A stretch of 64,000 nt of DNA from Octopus vulgaris (Eukaryota). The notes beneath the pieces are model-generated. The model searched no databases and was not told the origin of the DNA. It saw only the letters and a program-made list of their open reading frames with translations. A program made the translations under genes and the position numbers. Location of the stretch: the NCBI GenBank assembly GCA_951406725.2, contig OX597820.1, positions 25,234,001 through 25,298,000 on the forward strand. The letters run 5' to 3'. This document shows positions 1-64,000 of the stretch, one piece after another (position 1 is the stretch's first letter; every line of letters starts with the position of its first letter).

Positions 1-239
1 TTTTATGTGGTGTAGGTACAGGTTATTTATACATGACACCAGCATGGTTGCTTTTTACATGGCACTGGTTATGCTACCTCTTGGATCACTTTTTATGATA
101 AACACCTGCACCAATTCATCATCATCATCATCTTTTAGCGTCCGTTCAATTCTAGATTTTACCTTACATGGCAATGGCGATTCTCTAAAAGTTTCCTTGA
201 GCTATCAGAGAGCATAGTTTGAATGCAAAATAAATCTTT

Positions 240-460
240 TATTTTTTACTTGATTGAGGGAGGTTAGACTGTGACCATGATGGGGTACTGTTTTGAAGAA
301 TTTTTAGTCAAATGTATCAACCACAGTACTTACTTTTTATAAGCTTGGTATTTATTATATTGGTCTTTTTTGCTGAACTGTTAAGTTACGGGGATGTAAA
401 CACACCAGCACTAGTTGTCAAGCAGGGGTGGGAAACAAACACAGATACAAAGACACACAC

Positions 461-505
<45 letters not shown>

Positions 506-870
506 CGTGATTGACCAGGCTATCAGATGTTGCTACACATCGCTGGTCACAATGCGCTTCGCATTGTTTTAGCCTTTAAATGACGCCACCCCACTGGCTA
601 AGTGAGCAGGCCTATGTATGTATGTATGTATGTATGTATGCATGCATGCATGTATGTATGTATGTATGTATGTATGTATGTATGTGTGTGTGTATGAATG
701 CATGAATGAATGACAGGCTTCTATCAGTTTCTGTCTACCAAATCCACTGGCAAGGCTTTGGTCAGCCTGAGGCTATAGTAGAAAACCCTTGCCCAAGGTA
801 CCATGCAGTAGGACTGAATCTGGAACCATGTGATTGCAAAGCAAGCCTCTTACCACAGAGCCATGCTTGC
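240..870 (-). mobile_element. tRNA-derived SINE with internal microsatellite (abundant family), with nested short repeat
   Basis: Homologous to 12205-12650 and 18855-19245; GTTCAGTCC B-box-like head, ACTGAAACAAGTAAAA-type tail. Confidence 0.65.
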
Positions 871-909
871 AATTAAAAATGCTAATGATTTTGGTTTTTT
901 TTTTCACAG

Positions 910-37354
<36,445 letters not shown>

Positions 37355-37426
37355 TGTGTGTAACCACTTTATTTCATCTTGCCCCGGTGATACATATTGA
37401 CCATTACTGCATGGATTCCACTTGAG

Positions 37427-37432
37427 AATAAA
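37427..37432 (+). promoter_or_regulatory. Candidate polyadenylation signal of gene A
   Basis: AATAAA about 70 nt after the stop codon; no transcript evidence. Confidence 0.45.
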
Positions 37433-37496
37433 ATTGATTCAATACTACAGAATATTTATTATTATTACTACTATTATTATTATTATTATTATTATT

Positions 37497-38052
37497 GAGT
37501 GAGAGAGCAGTTCATGCCATCAAAGTGACACTGGGGTAAAATATACAACGCCCAATATACCCATCATGACTACCCGTCTGATAAAGGTACACCAGGCACA
37601 TGCATCACAACCGTATGTGCGCGACATGGTGATCTCATATCAAGATAAACAGCACATGACCTTGCAGGTGGGGCCCAGTTAGAATTTTCTTCAGGTTGAG
37701 TAGCCCATCCCGCTCAAAAGGTCCCTAAATAAGGGTTGTTTAAGGATGTTGAAAGAACCACCCATATTTCCACAGGTGAATTATTCAAACCCCAAAGAAT
37801 CCCTCTCAATACATGGCTATGATGCTCCCCCACTACTTCTGCTCGTGATCAGAGATGCACATATCGTCAGCCACTAAGGGACATGCTCAACTGGTTAAGG
37901 TCAAACAACTGACAAGCAAATCTGTGGTATTGAGCAGAATATTTGCTGTAGCCCATCTTTTATACCAAGACAAAACAATGTACATGATAACACTTCCAAT
38001 CAGTTAAGATCAGAAGTCATGAGAGCCACTGCCTGGTACTGCATCAGGGCAT
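37497..38052 (-). mobile_element. Second, longer copy of the (AAT)n-embedded repeat
   Basis: Reverse complement of 16351-16826 with extra 5' sequence. Confidence 0.8.
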
Positions 38053-38061
38053 TTATTATTA

Positions 38062-38094
<33 letters not shown>

Positions 38095-38096
<2 letters not shown>

Positions 38097-39860
38097 GACG
38101 TTGCACAGTATACAATATCGTGAGGTTGTTGATTGAAAATATTGTGTCTACATGGGGTTTGTACTGTTTGTCAAGTCACAACAAGGACCTCAGACAGACA
38201 GTACTTTAGGCAATATGTGTGCAGTTCCAACTAACACTGACTTCTACAATACATCTAGATTATAGAGTATTTCTAAGGTTTTTCAGAGGTTTTTTCAGAT
38301 TGGGTGGTATTGAATCCAATGCTCCGATGACAATAGGCATAAACTTTCTGTTTGACTCTCGCAGCTGCCACATCTTAAGGATCTCAGCTCTCAGTTCTCC
38401 ATATTTATCAACCTTTTCTCTTTCATGATATGTTGATCTCCTGGCACTGCCACATCGATTATTAGGCATTCTTGTTTGTCCCTCCTAAAGGTTACCATAT
38501 CCAGCCTTCAGTGCTCTAACTCCTTGTCTGTCTGGAAGAAAACTCACTCCTTATTTTGCTGGGTATGATGGAAAGTGTCAGCTGTCCACAGCCAGAAGAC
38601 AAAAGGTGGCACTTGTTTATTGGCCATGATTCAAGAACCCTGCATAGAATTCTTGCAGTTCCAAGCAATGCTGATTTTTGTAGGTGTTCTACCTTCACTC
38701 TTGCACCAACTTTTTCAGCCACGTTGGTAGTTGAGTGCTGATAATTCCAAGTACACCAATTACTATTGGTAACACATCTACTCATTTCATTGACCACAAC
38801 CTTCATATTCCCTGCTTCAAATCGTCATAGTTGTTTATTCATTCTTCTTCTTTCACTTTGATCCTGTAGTCACCAGGGCATGCTATATCAATTATCATAC
38901 ATGTTCTTTCTTACTTATTCACTCCAATAATGTCCAGTTTCCAATATCTGGTCGGGTGAACACACTGGATCATTGCATCCCACAGGATTTTTCAATTCTC
39001 ATTTTCGGTGACTCCTTCTGGAGTTTGTTCATACGTCCTTGCTCTTTGTAGGTCATGATTTTCCAATGGATCATTCATGCCACATAGGCATGGTATCTTT
39101 TGTATTTGTGTTGTGCCAATTTCAGGTATTTGCTAACGATGTGCCATACCATTTCACTCCTCTCACCACACATTCTGCATTTGTCACTATTTGTAGTGTG
39201 TTGTCTATTCTGCATTTCATATAGTTGGTCCTTAATGCTGGTTTCTGAGCTGCACATATGAGTGTTTCAGTCTCTCTCTCTTCAGGTCACTCCTCCTCAT
39301 CCATAGCCACCGGTCCTTTCTATCTATCTTGGTGTTCACATCTCTTGCAAACAGACTGTACACTTTTTTTTACCTTCCATGCTTTTTTCATTTTTCTTTT
39401 TGTTCATTTCTTGCTTAAATTTTTCTTTCATTACACAATTTTGGGTTTTGATTACACCGGCCTTCTTCATGTGTTTCAACAATGGCTCCATGGCATTTTT
39501 TATATACCACTCGAAGCTGTTTTCCTCTGCTTCAATACAGTCCAAGAAACTAATCAAACCCCTCCCACCCTTTCTTCTGGACAAGTACAGTCTATTGGTG
39601 TTATTCTTAGGGTGAAAGGCTCCATGTACTGTCAATATTTTTATAGTCTTGGTATCCATTTTCTTCATTTCTCTCTTTTGCCATTTTATAACTCCTGCTC
39701 CATACCAAAGTGATACTATCGCCCACATATTAGCTGCTTGGATTTTATTCCATCCGGTCAATTTTAAGTACAACACCAACCTCAGTCTCCAGAAATACTC
39801 CATCCTCAGTTGCTCTTTCATTTCCTTTTCCAGTGACTCCTTCTGGAGTTTGTTCATACA
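38095..39860 (-). mobile_element. Degenerate R4/Dong-like non-LTR retrotransposon with restriction-like endonuclease; two 3' ends in tandem
   Basis: RLYLSRRKGGRGL, CRMC...WHIVS knuckle, IIDIACP, EREKVDKY, PIVIGAL, LQKSALLGTARIL; 3' end abuts (TAA)n. Confidence 0.82.
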
Positions 39861-41569
39861 ACGTCCTTGCCTCTCCCAAAGTTTCAGGCCTTGTGCCTAT
39901 TGTAGAGAGAATCATTTACTTAATTCAGAAATTTTGAAAACAATTTAATTTAAATTAGTTTTAAAAAAGATGCCAGTCTCAGGTGAGTTTATATAAAAAA
40001 AGGTTAATCCATTCACCAGATTTAACACTTGCACCTGACATTCGGATTCCTGTTGTAGGGATTACTTATTTGTAACTATTCAGGTCTCCAATTTAAAGAT
40101 ATCAGGATATTACCCTATCCCTACAAATACCACAAGTTTCAGATACCCAACAGAAAGACAGTGAGCTGGCAGAAACATCAATGCGACGGGCGAAATGCTT
40201 AGCGATATTTCGTCTGCCGTTGTGTTCTGAGTTCAAATTCTGCCAAGGTCGACTTTGCCTTTCATCCTTTCAGGGTCGATAAATTAAGTACCAGTTACAC
40301 ATTGGGGTTGATGTAATCAACTTAATCCATTTGTCTGTTTTTGTTTTCCCCTCTCTGTTAAGCTCCTTGTGGGCAGTAAAGAAATAAGAAAGGTGATAGG
40401 CATTGCTCTTCCTCCTTTGAATACTGATAAAAAAAAAACCTTCATCATTGTTTTAATATTCATTTTCATGCAGGTATGAGCAGTCGTATTTATGTCAACA
40501 ATCTTGATTCTGGGGCACCTCATATAAAGCACTCAATATTTTTTGTGATCTGAAGGCAGTGAGTTGGCAGAATCATTAGCATGCTGGGCAAAATGAATAG
40601 CAGCTTTTCATGTCTTTACATTCTGAGTTCGAATTTCACCAAGGTTGACTTTGCCTTTCTTCCTTTTAGGGCCAATGAAATAAGAACCAGTTGACCAATA
40701 GGATCAATGTGATTGACTTACTCCCCTGAAACTGCTGGCCATGTACCAAAATTTGAAACTAATATTTTGCGATCTGAACTTCCTCAACCTCTATCTTCCA
40801 GAGACATCTTCCGGTGTCAGCATCTGGAACATTTTGCGCACAACACTTATTTAAAAAAAAGTACTCTTTTTAATCAATGTTGTTAATACCAGACAATATG
40901 CATGTATAGATTAATTATACAGTATGATATAAAGCATATAATGTAATATATAGTGGTTGCTAATACTTAGGTCAGCTCTGAAAAATATTTCAGCTGTGAC
41001 CATCCCTTCTTATTTTTAAGTACAAATGTTTTTAATTGTTGAGTCTGGAGGAAGGAACATGCCCACCCATGACCTTTGCAGACCCCCCAAGAGCACTGTA
41101 TCTCCACCAATATCTGCAAAGATATTAAAGTTTAATGTTAGAGAGAGGTTTGGCTGCTGTTTCTCTCAGTTACATTGACTGCATAGATGCTCCTTCGGTT
41201 GTTCAATATGATATTATCTATGAGGTATATGTAACCTCATTCTTGCTGTAACAACTGTTCTGCAATAAAATCCCAAAGCACGACCAACAATTTAAAGAAC
41301 TTTGATTTCATATCTTCTTAGGTTCTTCTATGCCCCAGTATTTTTGAATAACAATGATTTGAGGGTATACATTTATTTAACAGTCTGTTATATACATGTA
41401 CACAATGTGGTGTTGCTCTCACAAAAATTGAGATTAATTATAGATAACACAACAAATCATAAAATATAATATCTATTAATGACAGAGGCAGTATTGATAG
41501 CAAAAGGTAATAGTTATCCCCACTTACACGTGGATGTTCAGTTAGAACAAGCCATACTGCAGTAGATAC

Positions 41570-43340
41570 ATCATCATCATCATCATCATCATCATCGTTT
41601 AACATCCGTTTTTCATGCTAGCATGGGTTGGATGGTTTGACTGGAATCTGGGAAGCCAGGAGGCTACACCAGGCTCCAGTCTGATCTGGCAGTGTTTCTA
41701 CAGCTGGATGCCCTTCCTAACACCAACCACTCTGTGAGTGTAGTGAGTGCTTTTGACATTCCACTGGCACAGGGGCCAGGGAGGTTAGCAACAGTCATGA
41801 TCGGTTGGTGCTTTTTACATGCTACTGGCACAGAAGCCAGTCAAGGTGGCGCTAGCATCAGCCACATTCAGATGGTGCTTTTTATGTGCCACCAGCACGG
41901 GTATCACAACTACAATTTCCATTTGATTTTCATTTTGATGTTGATGTATTTGACTCAATAGGTCTCCTCAAGCACAGCAGGTCGCCCTACGATCCAAGGT
42001 ACTTTTGAATGGGCTGGGGCTGGTTATGCGAAACTGGTGTAGGATACAGCCGTGAACTCACTTTATTTACTGGGTCTTTGCAGTCACAGCATATCTCCAG
42101 AGGTCTCGGTCTTTTGTCATTGCTTCTGTGAGGCCCAACGTTCAAAGGTCATGGTTGACCACCTCATCCCATGTCTTTCTGAGTCTACCTCTACTCCGGA
42201 TTCCTTCAACTGTTTGGGAGTGGCCCTTCTTCACACATCTTTCCTCATGCATCCATAGTACAAGACCATACCAGTGTAAACATCTCTCTTGAATACCACA
42301 TCCTATGCTTCTTATGTCCAACATTTCTCTCAGGGCGCTTACACTCTGTCGTGCATGCACACTGACATTAAACATCCAGCGGATCATGCTAGCTTCATTT
42401 CTTTTGAGTCTACACATGTCCTACACAGTCACAGCCCATTTTTCACTGCCGTGAAGCATGGTAGTTCGCACACATGCATCGTACAATCTACTTTTCACTC
42501 TGAGCAAGAGGCCCTTTGTTGCCAGTAGGGGTAGAAGCTTTCTATACTTTGCCCAGGCTATTCTTATTCTAGTGGTAACACTCTCTGAGCATCCACCCCC
42601 ACTACTAACTTGGTCACCTAGGTAGCGGAAGCTATCAACTTCTTCTAGTTTCTCCCCCTGAAGTGTTATGGAATCTGTTTTCTGAGTATCTGTGGTGTCT
42701 ATTGCCCCTGTGCATCTGCCACACACAAAAGCTATCTTCTCGGTTAATCTTCCTTTGATGTTGCTGTACCTAGTATACGTCCATAGCTTACACTTGGTAC
42801 ATCTTATGGAGCTTCTACCTACACCTTTTCGAGCAGGGCCACCTACCTGAGGGGGTGCGTGATGTGTTTGCCTTCCTACTTTCTAGAACTTTGGTCTTTG
42901 CTACATTGACTCTAAGGCTTTTTGATTCTAAATCTTGCTTCCACACCCAAAATTTCTTTTCTAGTTCTGGTAGTGATTCTGCTATGAGGGCCTGGTCATC
43001 AGCATAGAGGAGCTCCCAGGAGCAACCCATCTTGAATTCCTCTGTTATTGCCTAGAGGACTATGATGAATAAAAGGGGGCTGAGGACTGAACCTTGGTGG
43101 ACCCCTACTTCTACCCGGTATTCTTCACTATACTCATTGCCAATCTTAACCTTACTAACAGCCTCTCTGTATAGGGCCTGTATAGCCCTTATTAACCATT
43201 CGTCAATCCCCAGTTTCCACATCGCCCATCAGATAAGGGATCAGAAGACCCTGTCAAAGGCTTTGTCCAAGTCCACAAATGTTGAGTATAGGGGTTTATC
43301 TTTAGCAAGGTATTTCTCCTGCAGTTGTCGAACCAGGAAT
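41570..43340 (-). mobile_element. Older RTE LINE subfamily, 5'-truncated and frameshifted
   Basis: FVDLDKAFD, WELLYADD, SFRYLGD fragments; (GAT)n tail. Confidence 0.88.
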
Positions 43341-44059
43341 ATGGAATATGTCAAACCAAGAATATTTGTGATACCATTAATTAAACTGTTGTTGATATTT
43401 AAGATAGATCTCATACTTAACATTCTTTTCTCACATGAGGATAATTTGCTTGTACTATTTTCAAGTACAATTTGTGAATTTTTATAATATTGCTAGCTAA
43501 ATGATACAGCTGACTTCATTCTTGTGATGGAGACCCTCCTTAAGAATCACACACAACTCTATGCAAATGCTACTTTCATATCTCAAATTTGGTTTTTGTT
43601 TTATAAATTGCTAACATTACACTAACTCTGCTTACAGTAGCATTTTATTTTCAGACAACATTTCAGATGAAATGATGTAATGATATCCAGAATGAACTGT
43701 AATGAATATCAATAAGCTAAATACTAAAATAAATTCTTACTCCTATTTATTAATATAATTATTATATTTTATCATATTCTCAACATCTTTCTCTGAGTTC
43801 CTACTGCACCACCAGATGCACTTGTGTCTTACTGAAGTGCATACAACATTGTCTTTTGAGGTTTTAGAATTGAGACTTATTGGCCTCATCATTATTTAAC
43901 GTCCACTTTCTATCCTGGCATGGATGGAACTGTTTAAGAGGGAACCAGAGACCTGTGTTGAGCTACAGTGTCACTCTTAGCATGGTTTCTACTTAACGGG
44001 TTTGTTAGGTTCCTTCAGATGTTACTTGAGTTGTTCATCTGCTTGTTGTGTAGAGTATA

Positions 44060-44300
44060 TGGTTTGGGTGTTGTGTGGTGATTGTATCACATATTTGTAT
44101 TGTGTGAGTTGTGTTAGGTACTCTGGGTGTTGTGTGGTGCCTGTATTACATATTTGTGGCATGTGAGTTGCAATGTGCTTTGGGTGTTGTGTGGTGACTG
44201 TATTACATATTTACTTTGTGTGTTGTGTTATGTACTTTGGGTGTTGTGTGGTGACTGTATCACATATTTGTGGTGTGTGAGTTGTGTGATGTGTTTTAAT
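44060..44300. repeat. ~60-bp minisatellite, 4 units
   Basis: TGGGTGTTGTGTGGTG..TGTAT.ACATATTT recurs at 44065, 44124, 44181, 44238. Confidence 0.85.
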
Positions 44301-44773
44301 GTCAGGTGTTGATTATGTAAAATATGTGACAGTGTAGGGTGTGTTATATTATTGGGAGGTACATGTGTAGAATATGAAATGAATGGGGTGTAGGTGGTAG
44401 AGTGTGGGGTAGGCTATAATACTGATATTATAATAATCAGTATTGTATTACTAAGGATCGTTTTATTGGATTTTCTTGCAATATGTTAGAGGCCATCGAT
44501 ATTTTAATTCCTGTAAAGTTTCATGACAATAAATTTAGGTCCATATGTGGAGAAATAGTGATTTTAAAGTTCTACATTGCAAATATGAACAAGACATAAT
44601 AAAGGACAGATGCTAACCATCTTAAACAAGCAATAGGAGTTAAATGCCATTATTCTTTATAAAGAAAACCAAGGTCCTGCAACACAATATCAACCTTCTT
44701 CTAAAGTGGAATCAATGTGATACCAGTCATCATACATCACTGGAATTTGATGAAGTAAGGGTGGTTATACACG

Positions 44774-62149
<17,376 letters not shown>

Positions 62150-63453
62150 CTGGAACAGAAGGAGAAAAATATGTAGATTGTACTGAAAGTAATGTAAAAG
62201 TGGGTATAATCTTTTTATTAACGAACAGAAATATAATACTATAATCTTAATATGTGATCTGCAGTTTTAACTGTTTTTTACTTTGTTAGATAGAATGAAG
62301 AGGAGACCATGGGATTGGACCTAGAAAGTTACCCTCCTAGGCACAAGTCAGGGCAAGATTGTTTGTGGAAGGCTAGCACTCACCCATGCATACCAGCCTC
62401 CCCTCTCCACACCACTGATGTTTTCCAAGGGAAAGGCAAAGGCCGATACAGCTTGGCACCAGTGATGTCGCAACTCATTTCTACAGCTGAGTTAACTGCA
62501 GCAACGTGAAATAAAGTGTCTTGCTCAAGAACACAACATGCAGCCCGGTCCGGGAATTGAACTCACAACCTCACAATCGTAAGCTCTACGCTCTAACCAC
62601 TGAGCCATGCGCCTTCACAAATAGAGCGTAATTCTTTATATAAAGTAGAATATTAGGAAAAGCTTTGAATATGGACGCATAATCATGTGCTTAACCCTAT
62701 AGTGTTTAAACCGGCCAAAATATGTCACATGGTTTATGTTTAAACTGGCCAGATCTGGCCCCTCACACCTACTTTACAATGTCATTCTTAAAATAAGCCA
62801 TCACATCACTAAAATCTCAAAGCTACAATATAACGTGAGACCAATTCAAAACAATATGAATAAATAAACATTACACTTGACAGAGTAATCTGAATGCTAA
62901 GGGGTAAAAGAAGTTTGCCTTGCAACCACATGGTTTCTGGTTCAATTCTATTATGCTCAGCCACATGCACATTAATTCCATGAACAGGTTGTTCCATTGA
63001 TCAGAACATCTGGAACCCTTATCATGGTAAGCGAATGAGTGTCAGTTAGTTATATGTAATATATATGGGTATTTTATCTGTCATAATAGGCTGGTTTGCT
63101 GGTTGCCTAGCTGGTGGAGCGGGGGCCACCCCATCAGTTAAAACGATGAATGTTCCAGTCAATCCAATTAATGGAACAGTCTGCTCCTGAAATTAATGTG
63201 CAAGTGGCTGAGTACTCCAGACACACATACACTTAATGTAATCCTCAGGGAAATTCAACATGACACATTGAATGTAACACAGCTGGTCCATTGAATTACA
63301 GGTACAACTCATTTTTGCCAGCTGAGTCAACTGGAGCAACGAGGAATAAAGTATCTTGCTCAAGGATGAAATGCACCACTAGGAATTGAATTCACGACCT
63401 TATGATTGAGAGCCGAATACACTAACCACTAAGTATCTGTAATAATTAAATTA

Positions 63454-63685
63454 TGGTAGCTGTACAAAATCTCCCTGAGGACAAAATTCCACCAGATGAA
63501 ATTGCTATTGTTCTAATCAATAATAAATATTTTAACTTTTTTTCATAGAATTTCGCTTTCATAAAATATTTTTATTGTAAAGAAAGAACAATATCCCAGG
63601 GGATATTGACTGCCAGTGAATTTTGAGTGAGGGGATTTTGTCCAGGGGGGATTTTGTCCAAGGGCTGGCTTTCGTCCTAGTACCT
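63454..63685. mobile_element. Degenerate MITE with repeated GGACAAAAT(C) subterminal motifs
   Basis: ACAAAAT-type motifs on the left and GGGGATTTTGTCC twice on the right. Confidence 0.45.
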
Positions 63686-64000
63686 TAAATTACACATTAT
63701 GTATTTTATTGTAATTTGTCATGCATGTGGTCAGGTGAAGGTACATGGCTTAGTAGTTAGGGTACTTGGCTCATGATCATCATGTCATGGGTTCATTTTC
63801 TGGTGATGCATTTTGTCCTTGAGCAAGACACTTTATTTCACATTGCTCCAGTCTGCTCAGCTGACAAAATTGAGTAGTACTTGCATTTCAAAGGACCAGC
63901 CTTGTTACATTCTGTGTCACACTGAATCTACCTGGGAACTACACTAAGGATACTTGTGTCTGTGGAGTACCCAGCCATTTGCATGCAAATTTTACAAGCA

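Overview
AT-rich, microsatellite- and SINE-dense animal genomic DNA; the repeat repertoire suggests an octopus/cephalopod (inference). Two intron-rich FAAH-like amidase-signature genes lie tail-to-tail. Gene A (+): 14 coding exons, 910-37354, 451 aa in window, intact Lys-Ser-Ser triad, 5' end upstream of the window. Gene B (-): last 6 exons, 62149-44774, 5' part beyond the window. By hand count the paralogs differ at about 30 amino acids versus 7 synonymous-only codons, and identity drops sharply at the 3' UTR, suggesting gene conversion plus divergent selection. Introns and spacer hold RTE, CR1-like and R4/Dong-like LINEs, a Tc1 DD34E element, Helitrons and many SINEs. The most striking unannotated signal is a set of short fold-back insertions (inverted repeat plus one-sided tail, some with 12-13 bp TSDs, others in (TA)n). 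Several carry hammerhead ribozyme motifs, one is a tRNA-headed SINE whose empty site is visible in the paralog, and a GIY-YIG Penelope-like remnant is nearby. All alignments and counts were done by eye.
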